Source: Planctomycetota bacterium (GTDB lineage Bacteria; Planctomycetota; SZUA-567; H5-PLA8). Taken from it: a stretch of DNA of 64,000 bases. Within the stretch, counting starts at the first letter, position 1; every line of letters starts with the position of its first letter. The translations under genes and the position numbers were made by a program. Under the pieces are notes generated by a model. The model worked only from the letters and a program-made list of their open reading frames with translations, was not told where the DNA came from and made no database searches. Shown here in pieces: positions 9,501 through 18,426 of the stretch. The stretch covers positions 13,440-77,439 of the forward strand of contig BTVV01000018.1 of the NCBI GenBank assembly GCA_045863855.1. The letters are read 5' to 3'.

Positions 9501-10703
9501 GGGCGCGGCACGTACTACTCAGAGGCTACCGTTCCGCTGGTGCTTTCCGAGAAGAAGGTGCGGCGCAGCGAAGTGGACGCATGGGAAGCTCTCGATTTCC
9601 GCCTCGAACGTAAAATGCCGGAAGTACCCGACGCCGAGAAGGCAAACTGGGTCGAATACGGTTCGCTGGTCACGGCGGAACGGTTCGCCAAGCTGACCTC
9701 GGCTTTCTTCGACGAGAAGGAAGCAGCAGCCGTTTACGCGAAATACAATAAGCGCTTCGTCGACAAGCGCGCTTACGAACGGCTGGCTGGCACCCAGGCC
9801 TTTAACCGCCCCGAACTTCGCGATAGCGCGCACTACATCGGTTCCGTGAAGCTGGCCGATTTGAAGGCGCAGCGCCTGTATTACGATCCCGTCGAGTTGA
9901 AGGTCCGCTGGACCAAGGGCGAAGGCAAGATCGTCGCGCACATGATCGACTTGGCCAAGCAGATTAAGGGCGAGACGGCCTCCCAGCAGGATGCGCCGCC
10001 CAGCCTGGCCTTCGAAGGCGGAAAGGTACACCCCGACTGGCTCTACAACTTCTTCCATAATGTGGAAGATCTGCGCCCGGGCTTGGCCATTCGTATGCCG
10101 AGTTTCTGGAGCCACGGCGGGGCCAGCGATTACAAGACCGTTTATCCGGCCGGAAGGCGAGCGGCGGTGGACAACTCCAAGCGCCCCGAGGGCGTGAACG
10201 GCGAGCCGTACGCGCCGCCTATCGGCGATCTGGGTGACGACGCGAAGGAACTCGTCGATTACTTCGCTGCTTTGGCGAACGAGCCGCCTTACGGCTACGT
10301 GCCTGTACCCTCCTTCACCGAGGAGTCGCGCAAACGGTACGAACAGGGATACCAATTGCTCTTCAGCACCGACAAGGGCGGCTTGGGCTGCAACCAGTGC
10401 CATGCAGTGGGACAGTACAGCCCCAAACAGCCCGTCGGCCCGAATCTGGCCGTTGCCAAGCGCCGCTTTAAAGCCGAATGGCTGCAGCGCTTTATGACTT
10501 ACCCCGCCTCGATGTATCCGTGGACCAGCATGCCGGCGAACTTCTACGACTGGACCAGCTACGAATACAAAGCCACCGATCCGTTGCGCGGCCTTAAGAG
10601 GGATCCGGCCGAGCTAAAAGCCATTGCCGATAAGCTCAAGGCCGTACATTTCTACCTCCGCCACAGCGGCGAAATGGAGATCGGAGCCGGCGGCGAACCG
10701 TAA
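6573..10703 (+). CDS. Large membrane-anchored multiheme cytochrome c with coiled-coil region
   Basis: 8 CxxCH motifs (CISCH, CTICH, CKKCH, CANCH, CVGCH, CFGCH, CAGCH, CNQCH); repeated GPDL...W...P...MP cytochrome c units; N-terminal TM helix followed by a coiled coil. Confidence 0.92.
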   Translation: MGKKSELPSIVPHHIAFAAGCSLLLAATFYAFVQDYSDREYVEYQQQYRQLEYVRQWRQREDVEEELGVNRMRQLEQMQKVHELEGAEAQNKPKLDEIRAKVAGVDAQLQLLKRQLNFAGTDVDVRKYEYTAAAEPDKDAKLEVVGAQQNLRMELFNKVAELEKERTAHLDEIKQIEEPLVRARKELAALVAKEEELNLALKQTKGNTVINALRDMPGADFIGPKYNLNDQIILRNLPLDVKFELTAARYDRCISCHKGIYNPDPMYSKQAYDEQMKEIEKLEAAGNEAEAKILRQELVPAVMRSHPRLDLFVNANSPHPAKSFGCTICHKGRPMGTSFMRAAHTPRNEEQKHEWIEQYGWSEMHHHLPSVPMWDDMMLPMQYIEASCKKCHQGVDHVPQAAKLNAGMDLFREQGCANCHIGDTNKDLAWVGRVGPDLRRLGEKTSFSWTAQWIENPWHFRPDTKMPRFFGLENRRDSGDQLQNGQVDREAVEVDAMATYLLSASKLRERAIQVAPAGDTAKGEALFKSVGCVGCHSTAQAPKEGDRYAHNEHGPDLSRIGEKVSSGWLYAWLKNPHEYWAESRMPSLRLSDQEAADIAAYLLQSMKKSEPLRGGEPKFGEAVYDELITNLLENTTPMFQIKQFLQDPEGLVRRTLKNKVKYVNDAGTDKPRDSGQGEWTEAQIDAVIKAMDSMAGSPAKAAVYKKAFYAGQAMIQQHGCFGCHNIQGWTYAPLTCVNLDGEGDKALDRFDFGLHDQVGIPYTRWDWFYVKLTRPRAFDRGKEPILKPADRLRMPWYGLKRDSLPAAHGAKPSDDGHEHGKDGEHKHAATEIARRAAGGGHGPVKSAEAVALANEDESREGGAGFTHEQVEQLVTALLSFTSEAIPQEMKRKPTPRDIALDRGERVVNALNCAGCHLIGTQPAQLQTDLAKRGLLLLEALVTREAQGAAKNLGVFSDEDIFSLNAPGMDAPGFLHFGRGTYYSEATVPLVLSEKKVRRSEVDAWEALDFRLERKMPEVPDAEKANWVEYGSLVTAERFAKLTSAFFDEKEAAAVYAKYNKRFVDKRAYERLAGTQAFNRPELRDSAHYIGSVKLADLKAQRLYYDPVELKVRWTKGEGKIVAHMIDLAKQIKGETASQQDAPPSLAFEGGKVHPDWLYNFFHNVEDLRPGLAIRMPSFWSHGGASDYKTVYPAGRRAAVDNSKRPEGVNGEPYAPPIGDLGDDAKELVDYFAALANEPPYGYVPVPSFTEESRKRYEQGYQLLFSTDKGGLGCNQCHAVGQYSPKQPVGPNLAVAKRRFKAEWLQRFMTYPASMYPWTSMPANFYDWTSYEYKATDPLRGLKRDPAELKAIADKLKAVHFYLRHSGEMEIGAGGEP

Positions 10704-10731
10704 GCCGGTATCTCGGTCCAGGCGGCACCCG

Positions 10732-10768
10732 GCCCCGCGCGGACGCTCTCCGCGCGGGGCTTTTTATT
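10732..10768 (+). terminator. Rho-independent terminator
   Basis: gccccgcgcgga-cgctc-tccgcgcggggc 12-bp stem followed by TTTTTATT. Confidence 0.85.
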
Positions 10769-10832
10769 GGCGTAGCGGCGAAGAAGCGGCGCGTCCGGCG
10801 CGTCTGAACCGGTACAGGGGCGAGGGGAGCGT

Positions 10833-11684
10833 ATGAGCGCCGGATTGCGAATCGGAGGGGTGCTGCTCGCGATCGCGGCATCGAGCGCGTGGGCGGGCGA
10901 GGACCAAGCCGCGCTGGCCGGAACCGTTCGCTTCGAAGGCGAAATACCTGCGCCGTACCGCTTCGATCTTTCCGCCTCACCGCGCGATGTGCCGGTCTGC
11001 CGCGGCGATAACGCGGAAGCATTCAAGTCTTCCAAGCGCCTGCAGGTGCATCCGCAAAACAGAGGAGTGGCGAGCGTCGTCGCGATCCTGAGCACCCTCG
11101 ACGGCAAAGCGCCTCCCGGCGCGCCGCCCTTCCCCGCCCCGCGCTCGGTGCTGCTCGACCAAGTGGCCTGCGCCTACGTGCCGTTCGTCACCTGGGTCGA
11201 AACCGGGCAGCCGCTCCAGATCCGCTCCAGCGATAAAACACTGCATAACGTCCACGCCTACAAGGACCGCATCGGCGGCGAGACGCTATTCAACATCGCG
11301 ATGCCCGTGCAGGGCCAGACGATCGAAAAGAAGTTCGCCGATCCGGGGCTGGTCGCGCTCGCCTGCGACGCGGGGCATAACTGGATGAGCGCCTATGTTT
11401 TCGTCGTCGAAAACCCCTGCATCGCGGTCACGCCGGAAGACGGGAGCTTCAAATTCGAAGGCCTCGCACCGGGCGAATACAAGCTCACCCTCTGGCAAGC
11501 CGGTTGGAAGGTGACGCCCGTGGGTACCGACCCCGGCACGAAGAAGCCGCGCGGGTACGCTTATTCCGAACCGCTGGTTCTCGAACGCACGGTACGCCTC
11601 AAGCCCGGCGCCAACGCGCTGGAGGCGGTGCTCACGTCTGAGGGCTGGAAAGAACCCGGCGAAACATCGGCGGTCGAGAAGTAA
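10833..11684 (+). CDS. Secreted cupredoxin-like / carboxypeptidase-regulatory-like protein (paralog of 4187-5062)
   Basis: Signal peptide ending AWA; DQVACAYVP, DKTLHNVH, CDAGHNWM, GEYKLTLW. Confidence 0.75.
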   Translation: MSAGLRIGGVLLAIAASSAWAGEDQAALAGTVRFEGEIPAPYRFDLSASPRDVPVCRGDNAEAFKSSKRLQVHPQNRGVASVVAILSTLDGKAPPGAPPFPAPRSVLLDQVACAYVPFVTWVETGQPLQIRSSDKTLHNVHAYKDRIGGETLFNIAMPVQGQTIEKKFADPGLVALACDAGHNWMSAYVFVVENPCIAVTPEDGSFKFEGLAPGEYKLTLWQAGWKVTPVGTDPGTKKPRGYAYSEPLVLERTVRLKPGANALEAVLTSEGWKEPGETSAVEK

Positions 11685-11687
11685 ACT

Positions 11688-12965
11688 TTACTCTCGCCCT
11701 AGTTCCGCGAGCCGAAAGCCGATCTGCTCGGCGAGCGTTTCGTTTGATTCGGAGCGCGCCAGTTGTTCGGCGCATTGCAGCGCGATCCAATCCTGCGGGC
11801 AGGCGGCCAAGCCCAGTCGAGCCAGATCGGCGTTGCCGATTTCCAGCCATTTCAGAGGCATCTCGTTCTTTTGCACCAACACGCGCACGCCAGCGGTAGT
11901 TACACCCACCACTTGGATACGCTCACGCCGTCCCATCACCGGCAAAAAGGACAAGATGGGCCAGCCTGCCTTCGCATGAAGCAGACGCTCGATCAGTATG
12001 TTGCGCTGCGGTGCATCATCCACGGGAGCCGGCGCCTGAGGTTTCGGGGCCGCGGTCTGACTGGAGGATGGCTTGGCTTGCGCCAAGGCAGCAGCAGGCT
12101 TCGCGGTGACGGGCAACAGCGGACCGATGTAGCTCCTGGCCACCACCATGCTGTCTTCGTAACGCTTCTGATCCTTGGGCGACGTCCAATCGCCGCCGAA
12201 GTACGCGCTGTGGTTCACATAATTGATCTTAAGCTTGGCGTCGGTCCTCCAGCGGATTCCTGTGTGCCGGGCCTTAAGCGTCCCGTCGATCCAGAGCTTG
12301 AGTTCCCCATCGCTGGCGCCGGGCGTGTTGGCCTTGAGCATCATCTCGATGGCATACCAGCGCCCGGGCGTCATACTTATCGGCGCACCCTGATTCTGCT
12401 CCCCATTGCTTCCCCACTTGCCCATATCCATGTGATAGTAGTAAAGGTAAGGGGCTCCGCTGGAATGAAAGCAGACCCGCGCTCCGAATTTATCCGTGCC
12501 CGTGGGCTTGATCCCCGCGCCTCCGCCGGCCGCCAGCGCCGGATCTTGCGTGGCCTGCAAGCCCGGTCCCTTTACGCCGCCGCCGAATTCGTAGCCCATT
12601 TCGAAGCATGAATGGAATCGCAGGTACGCCACATCCACTTCGGCGATCTCCATAAACGTATTCAACGGGACGTGTTTACCTTTCAGGTTCTGGCTGGAAA
12701 GACACGCGCGGCCCTGAAAAACCAGTTCCGGATCGCGAACCGTTTCGCGATGGGCGCTCTTGCTCCAAGGCGTGGCGACCAACTTCGGCTGATCGCCTTC
12801 GAAGTCCTCGTAAAATAAGACGTCCGAGTGCCGAGCCAGCCCGTCGTCGTTCGCAAAGCTTGCCGCGAGTCCGGTATCCTCGGAGGCTTGCGGGCCTAAT
12901 GCCGCAAGCACGGCTACCGCCAGACCGGTACGAGCGATCGACAAACGAATTCGCGAAGGATTCAT
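11688..12965 (-). CDS. Secreted polysaccharide-lyase-like (jelly-roll, PL14-like) protein with unknown C-terminal domain
   Basis: Signal peptide; FYEDFE, K.PGL, 'GRWYAIEMMLKANTPGASDGELKLWIDG', YFGG; Pro/Ala linker before the C-terminal domain. Confidence 0.6.
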   Translation of the reverse strand: MNPSRIRLSIARTGLAVAVLAALGPQASEDTGLAASFANDDGLARHSDVLFYEDFEGDQPKLVATPWSKSAHRETVRDPELVFQGRACLSSQNLKGKHVPLNTFMEIAEVDVAYLRFHSCFEMGYEFGGGVKGPGLQATQDPALAAGGGAGIKPTGTDKFGARVCFHSSGAPYLYYYHMDMGKWGSNGEQNQGAPISMTPGRWYAIEMMLKANTPGASDGELKLWIDGTLKARHTGIRWRTDAKLKINYVNHSAYFGGDWTSPKDQKRYEDSMVVARSYIGPLLPVTAKPAAALAQAKPSSSQTAAPKPQAPAPVDDAPQRNILIERLLHAKAGWPILSFLPVMGRRERIQVVGVTTAGVRVLVQKNEMPLKWLEIGNADLARLGLAACPQDWIALQCAEQLARSESNETLAEQIGFRLAELGRE

Positions 12966-12974
12966 GACGGGGCC

Positions 12975-15239
12975 CTATTTCGGAATGCTCGCCAGCAATT
13001 CCAGCACGCGCCTCCGCGCACGGTTCAATTCCTCCGGATCCTGCGTGTAGATAAACATGTTAGTCACCAGTCCCTCGCCGCGAACAAGCCGCTCGGCTTC
13101 GGATTTCGCGTCGCCAGAAAGCGCACCGAGCTTTGCCTTGAGTTGCGTGAGCAGTTCGTGATCTTCCAGGCCGTCGCGCAGACACTCGAAACGCAGCGAA
13201 TTGACCGGCTGCCCGTCGTCACCGGGATAAACCAGATAGCCATCGCCCGGAAGCTGCGGGTTCCCGTCCTTCCACGCGGCCAGCATCGCGCCTTCGGCAT
13301 TGCGTAACCAGCTTCCGTCCTTGGGCGCGTCCTTCGGCCAGGACGTGAGCTGCCAATACTCGAAGCCGTCGACGTTATAGACGCGGCACAGCCAGCCCGC
13401 GATTCGCGCATCCAACAGCGGATAGTGCAGGAACACGTTGGGGCGCTCGCGCGGCCAGATGCAAAGAGCCCACCACAGCTCTTTTCCGCGTGCCTGCCAC
13501 ACCCGCGCCTGCTGCTGATCGGACTGCTGGATGTACACGTCCATGGTATCCGCGTGCTCTTTCAAGTCGTCGAGCGTGCCGACCATATTCAGGCACGAGA
13601 ACACCTTTACTTCCGGATTCGCCGCCTTCGCGATGCCGTAAACCTCCTTCACCTGCGGCACCATATTGGGCGACGGCTCGTCGATGTTGTTGAAGTACGC
13701 CATCTCCAGCCAGCCCTTCCGCTTCACGAACGCGCCGTATTCGCGCAGAACCTTGGTAAGGTGCGCTTTCCACTCGGGCGTGAACTCTTTTGGGAAACCC
13801 CACTTCCCGGGCTTTGGCGTGCTGGCCAGGATGAATGCATTCAGTCCGCGGTCGATTGCGTAGGTCAGTTTCGCTTCGGCGGCGCTGAAGTCGAAGCTCT
13901 CGCCCATCGCCGGCAACGTCGGCTTCGTCCAGCTCATGCCCGTGGCGATGTTGCCGATGCCCAGGCGCTGTTGCAACGCGAGGTCCTGATAAGGCTGCTC
14001 GTGTTTGCCCGCGACGCACATGGTCTTCAGGGTCAGGCGCTTGGGCAGCGTCACGGCGTGAACGGTCAGCCGTATGGGCAGCTTCGCCGTATGCCCCGCG
14101 GCCTCCACCAGCAACTCACCTTGGTACAGGCCCGGCTTCGTCTCCGGCGGCACGTACACGCGCAGGTACACCGGCTGGATCGTCCCGGGCTGCACCGCGA
14201 ATGGTTTATTCGGCGCCAGCGGATCGGCCCACCACTTCTCGTTCGGACCTTCGAACCACGGCCGCTCCCGCGTCGCGGGCAGATAGGCGACCGGATGGAG
14301 CGTCAGGTTCTCTGCGGCGAACGGCCCCGGCCCTTGCAGCGCACTCGCCGATACCGCGACCTCCTTCAGCGCGTCACGCGCGAAGATCAGCGCCTGCGCG
14401 CCTTCGAACTCGTGCCGCGCCGCGTGGATTTCGATCTGCGCCGCCGCCGGTCCTGCGAACGGAAGCTCGCGCGCCACGCGCCGCACGCCGTCGGTGGCCA
14501 GCACGCCGAACGCCTCCGAACCGCTTTGCGCGGAGGCCCACGCGCGAACCAGCGCATCAAGATCCGCGGGGCCTTTCACGGCGGCTTCGAGCGCCTCGAG
14601 CTTCGCGGGCTTGGGGGCGGTCGCGGCTTTTATGGTCTTGGCCAGCGCTTGCGTCTGCGCGGCGACATGCTTCGCCGCGCCTTCCGTGTCCGGCTCGATC
14701 GCGCGGCATTCGATCTCGTCCAGCATCAACGTTCCGCGCCCGTAGAGATAGAACCAGATTTCCAGCTTGAGCGGCGTGCCCGGCGCGGCGTTCTTGCCCT
14801 TCGCGATCCAGCGATGCTCGTAATAAGTCCAATCGGAACTGCCGCCGGCCAGGTCGAACTTCTCGCCCCCTCCTTCGCTCGCGGGGCCCTCATAATTCAC
14901 CCACGTGCCGCCCTGCAAATTTTCGCACTTTGCCCACAGGCTCACACGCAAGGCCGTGCCGGACGGGACGGTCAGGCCCGTGACGTAGAACTTGCCGCGG
15001 TCGGACGTGCCGGTGCTCTTTAGCGCCGCCGCCTGGCCGCCGTTGCGCCCCGGCGCGGCCTGGACGGCAAAGGTCCCCTTGTTGTCGTTCCACTTCCAAT
15101 ACTTGGAGAGTGCGTCGCCCTCGAAATCTCCGCCGGGCACGAGGTTCGGACCGGCCTTTTCGGCCACCTGCGCGAACGCGCCAAAGGCCGCGCACACGCT
15201 CAATACCACGCCCAGCGCACACCATCGCATCGAACGCAC
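12975..15239 (-). CDS. DUF4091/GH123-like glycoside hydrolase with N-terminal carbohydrate-binding domain
   Basis: NLVPGGDFE (CBM4/9-like start), ARHEFEGAQ, PGLYQGEL, IDEP, 'GDGYLVYPG...SLRFECLRDGLEDHE'. Start moved to GTG 15239, downstream of GAGGGGGG. Confidence 0.75.
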   Translation of the reverse strand: MRSMRWCALGVVLSVCAAFGAFAQVAEKAGPNLVPGGDFEGDALSKYWKWNDNKGTFAVQAAPGRNGGQAAALKSTGTSDRGKFYVTGLTVPSGTALRVSLWAKCENLQGGTWVNYEGPASEGGGEKFDLAGGSSDWTYYEHRWIAKGKNAAPGTPLKLEIWFYLYGRGTLMLDEIECRAIEPDTEGAAKHVAAQTQALAKTIKAATAPKPAKLEALEAAVKGPADLDALVRAWASAQSGSEAFGVLATDGVRRVARELPFAGPAAAQIEIHAARHEFEGAQALIFARDALKEVAVSASALQGPGPFAAENLTLHPVAYLPATRERPWFEGPNEKWWADPLAPNKPFAVQPGTIQPVYLRVYVPPETKPGLYQGELLVEAAGHTAKLPIRLTVHAVTLPKRLTLKTMCVAGKHEQPYQDLALQQRLGIGNIATGMSWTKPTLPAMGESFDFSAAEAKLTYAIDRGLNAFILASTPKPGKWGFPKEFTPEWKAHLTKVLREYGAFVKRKGWLEMAYFNNIDEPSPNMVPQVKEVYGIAKAANPEVKVFSCLNMVGTLDDLKEHADTMDVYIQQSDQQQARVWQARGKELWWALCIWPRERPNVFLHYPLLDARIAGWLCRVYNVDGFEYWQLTSWPKDAPKDGSWLRNAEGAMLAAWKDGNPQLPGDGYLVYPGDDGQPVNSLRFECLRDGLEDHELLTQLKAKLGALSGDAKSEAERLVRGEGLVTNMFIYTQDPEELNRARRRVLELLASIPK

Positions 15240-15271
15240 TTGGAAGCCCCCCTCTGTGAACCGCATGACGT

Positions 15272-16390
15272 TTAGTTCCGCGGCGGTGCGATCGACGCAC
15301 CATATTCGACGCGCAGCGGCAGTTCTTGCGCGGCCTGTGCCGTCCCGAGGCCAAGCTGCGCCCACAACGAATCCGCCGCCGCCCGGCCTACGCCTTCGGG
15401 CGAAGCCCACGCGCACGCCAGCGCCACCGGCAAGTCCAGGTCTTCAGCCGGACGGTTGATGCAGACCACCGAGACATCCGCCGGAATTTTGCGTCCGCGC
15501 GCGCGGAGATGCCGGCACGCCCCGGTCGCTTTCTTGTCGTTGTCGCAGAACAGCGCCGTCAGTTTGCCCGTACGGTCGAAGAGCCGCGCCGCCGCCAGTT
15601 CTCCGGCTTCGACGTGCGGCCCGACCTGCCATTCGATGAACTCGGGCGCTGCCAAGCCCGCCGCGCGCAGAGCCTCGAGCGCCCCTTCGGCTTTGGCCGT
15701 ATCCCACTGCAACGGATCGGGTTCCCGCGTGTCTCGAGAACCCAGGATCAAGCCGATGCGTTCGGGGCGATGACCGGCTTGCAGCAGGCGTTCTACGAGC
15801 GCCCGCGCCGCTGCTTTGTGATCGCGCAGCACCACTTGGTAGCCTTCCATCGGCAGCGGTACGTCCAGCACCACGTATGGCGCGCCGGCCAGCCTCAGCC
15901 GGTCGATGTGGGTCCGGTTCCCCGCGAAAAACGGAAAGATCAGCGCTTCCCGCGCGCCTTGCGGATCGCGCAGCGAAGCGAGCACGCGATCCACCAGCGC
16001 CGCGCGGCCGGCTTGATCCAGTTCCTCGTGCGGTTCAAGCCGCGCGCCCAGTTCGCGCAGGCGCTCCAGCAGATCCTGAAACATCTTCAAGCCGCGTTGC
16101 GCCGCCGCTGGGATGCCCACCAGGTGAATGCAAACCGGACGCCCCGTCTTTACGCGCGTCTGTTCGCTCACACGGCTTCCCGAACCCACCAAGCGGGTGA
16201 TAATTCCTTCGCGGACCAGCTCTTGCAGCGCGCGGCTAACGGTGGAGTAACTCAGATTGTGTTCCGCCATCAATTCCCGCTGTGTGGGAATACGACCGCC
16301 GGGCGGGTAGGTGCCACGAGCGATCTGCTCAAGGATTAACTCTTTTAAAAGTAAGTACTTAGGCTGAACTTCGAGGTTGGATTCCGTCAT
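15272..16390 (-). CDS. GntR-HTH transcriptional regulator with LacI-type sugar-binding domain
   Basis: PKY...PTQRELM...TVSRALQELVREG...GSG; C-terminal TALFCDND...IPADVSVV. Confidence 0.88.
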   Translation of the reverse strand: MTESNLEVQPKYLLLKELILEQIARGTYPPGGRIPTQRELMAEHNLSYSTVSRALQELVREGIITRLVGSGSRVSEQTRVKTGRPVCIHLVGIPAAAQRGLKMFQDLLERLRELGARLEPHEELDQAGRAALVDRVLASLRDPQGAREALIFPFFAGNRTHIDRLRLAGAPYVVLDVPLPMEGYQVVLRDHKAAARALVERLLQAGHRPERIGLILGSRDTREPDPLQWDTAKAEGALEALRAAGLAAPEFIEWQVGPHVEAGELAAARLFDRTGKLTALFCDNDKKATGACRHLRARGRKIPADVSVVCINRPAEDLDLPVALACAWASPEGVGRAAADSLWAQLGLGTAQAAQELPLRVEYGASIAPPRN

Positions 16391-16399
16391 TCCCAAGCT

Positions 16400-16462
16400 C
16401 CCTATTCGAACCCTATTTTTAACCTATCTAATTGAATCGATTCACAAGTCAGTATCTGATAC
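16400..16462. promoter_or_regulatory. Candidate operator region with direct repeats and two palindromes
   Basis: CCCTATT/CCCTATT/ACCTATC at an 11-bp period (16400, 16411, 16422); TGAATCGATTCA (16433-16444); GTATC-T-GATAC (16452-16462). Confidence 0.5.
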
Positions 16463-16579
16463 ACCGGCGGGAGGAGCAAGACAGAAACTTTTCAAAACCT
16501 AAGCCGCCCAGACGCGTGCTCGCGGCAGGCATGCCGACTCGGTATGGTTAGAAGACTTCAACGCAAACAGGTGCCCCGG

Positions 16580-17014
16580 ATGGATTACGACCTCGAACGC
16601 CGCTACTTCCTCGAACGGCTCATGGACTACGTCGATGGGCTCGAAGAGGAGACGGGCGATCTGCATCTTGGCGACGAGAACCGGATTCTTTTTCGCGTCA
16701 ACGGGCGGCCGTTCGAAGCACTGGCTTGGATCAACGCCGATTCCGACATGATCTGCATGACGACGCGCACTGCCGACCTGCCCATCGAGAACTTCGACGA
16801 AGCGGTGAAGTTCCTGAAGGCGACGCTCGACTGCTGCTGGGATTACTGCGTCGCCGTCAGCGCGGTGGATTCGCGCTTCGATCTGTCCATGGCGCTGTTT
16901 ACCGGCGGGCTGACCTTCGAAGCCTTCGAAGCGACCGTCTACAACCTGCAGGCGTGCGCAGAAGCGATCGAACAGAGCTTTCAGGACCGCCAGCAGCCGG
17001 AAGCGAAGAAGTAA
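16580..17014 (+). CDS. Acidic hypothetical protein, possibly YbjN/type III chaperone-like fold
   Basis: Coding-like codon usage; size and alpha-beta pattern resemble YbjN (inference). Confidence 0.55.
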   Translation: MDYDLERRYFLERLMDYVDGLEEETGDLHLGDENRILFRVNGRPFEALAWINADSDMICMTTRTADLPIENFDEAVKFLKATLDCCWDYCVAVSAVDSRFDLSMALFTGGLTFEAFEATVYNLQACAEAIEQSFQDRQQPEAKK

Positions 17015-17027
17015 TTCCGGAACTCCT

Positions 17028-18230
17028 CTAAACCAGTTCGCTCAGGATCGCGTCGGCCACCGGAAGTCCGGCGGCGCTGATCCGCAGACGGCCTTCGGCC
17101 GTATGCTCCAGCAGACCCAGCGCGGAGAACTTGGTAATGGCCGCGCCGCAGTGCGCTTCGAGGTCGAAATTCCAGCGCGCGGCGAAGGCGGCGGGATCGA
17201 TCCCTTCGCGCAGGCGCAGGGCCAGTACGAGCGCCTCCCGGGCGCGCGCTTCTTGCCCCAGCCGTTCGCGTTCCGCCACGGGATCTCCGCCCGTTTCGAT
17301 CGCTTCCAGATACCCGCTCACGTCGCGGCGGTTGTTGCGGCGCTCGCCGCCCACGTACTCGGCTCCAGAAACACCCAGCGCGAGGTACGCCTCGCCGCGC
17401 CAGTAGATGGAATTGTGCCGAGCTTCGCGGCCGGGGCGCGCGTAGTTGCTGATCTCGTACATGCACAGGCCAGCGGTTTCGCACGACTCCATCACCAGCC
17501 GGTAGTGCGCGGCTTCGTCCTCGGGACTGGGCCGCGGAAACTGCCCGCGTTCCATGGCCACGGTCAAAGGGGTGCCGTCCTCGTAAATCAGTCCGTAGGC
17601 GCTCACGTGTTCGGGCTCCAAGGCCAGCGCGGCCTCGAGATCGCGGCGCAGGTCATCGAGCGACTGCGTAGGCAGACCGTGCATCAGATCCACGGTCAGG
17701 TTATCGAAACCCGCCGCGCGGGCGCGCCGCACGGCTTCGGCGCCGTCGCGCGCGCCGTGCACACGCCCCAGCAGTTGAAGCAGATGCGGCTGGAACGATT
17801 GAATTCCGAAGCTGACGCGATTCACGCCGCGCGCGCGCAGCAACTCGAGCTTCCCCGTATCGGCGCTGCCCGGATTGCATTCGGCGGTGAACTCCTCCAC
17901 GCGCGAGCAGTCCACATGGCGGCCGATCAGATCGAAGAGCGCGCCGAGTTGATCGGGATCGAGTGCGCTGGGCGTCCCGCCGCCGAGGTAGATCGTGCGC
18001 GGCGCATAGGGTGCTCCGTCCGGATGCAGCAAGCGGAGCTTGGCGATGAGTTCGCGTTCCAATGCGCGTAGATAGCGGTCGGGGCGGTCGGGACCGTATA
18101 ACTCGCGTGCGAAGTCGCAGTAGGTACACAGCGCCGCGCAGAACGGAAGGTGGATGTACAACCCTTCCGGGTATTCGCGCGGATCGCGCGCCGCCCGCGA
18201 TGGCGGGCTCATAGGGACGGAAACGCTCAT
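17028..18230 (-). CDS. hemW: Radical SAM heme chaperone HemW
   Basis: LYIHLPFC-x3-C-x2-CDF, GGGTPS, YEISNYA, HNSIYW (HNxxYW is diagnostic of HemW). Confidence 0.92.
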   Translation of the reverse strand: MSVSVPMSPPSRAARDPREYPEGLYIHLPFCAALCTYCDFARELYGPDRPDRYLRALERELIAKLRLLHPDGAPYAPRTIYLGGGTPSALDPDQLGALFDLIGRHVDCSRVEEFTAECNPGSADTGKLELLRARGVNRVSFGIQSFQPHLLQLLGRVHGARDGAEAVRRARAAGFDNLTVDLMHGLPTQSLDDLRRDLEAALALEPEHVSAYGLIYEDGTPLTVAMERGQFPRPSPEDEAAHYRLVMESCETAGLCMYEISNYARPGREARHNSIYWRGEAYLALGVSGAEYVGGERRNNRRDVSGYLEAIETGGDPVAERERLGQEARAREALVLALRLREGIDPAAFAARWNFDLEAHCGAAITKFSALGLLEHTAEGRLRISAAGLPVADAILSELV

Positions 18231-18426
18231 TCCGTCATGCTACTCGAACTCGCCGAGCCGGCAGAGCGCAGACCCGCGCGGAAAGCTACAGACATTCCAG
18301 GATTGGGAAAAACGCTTGAGTCGCTTATGCTGAATAAACGGTAAGGCGCAGGCGTCCGATGGGATCGCGGGGCAACGCGAAACTCCTGTTCGGGCCAACG
18401 AAGTCTGGCCGTGTTTGTTCACGGTT

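Noticed and set aside
15240..15416. Extended N-terminus of the DUF4091 ORF
   Set aside because: It overlaps the regulator gene; the RBS and signal peptide support a start near 15239.
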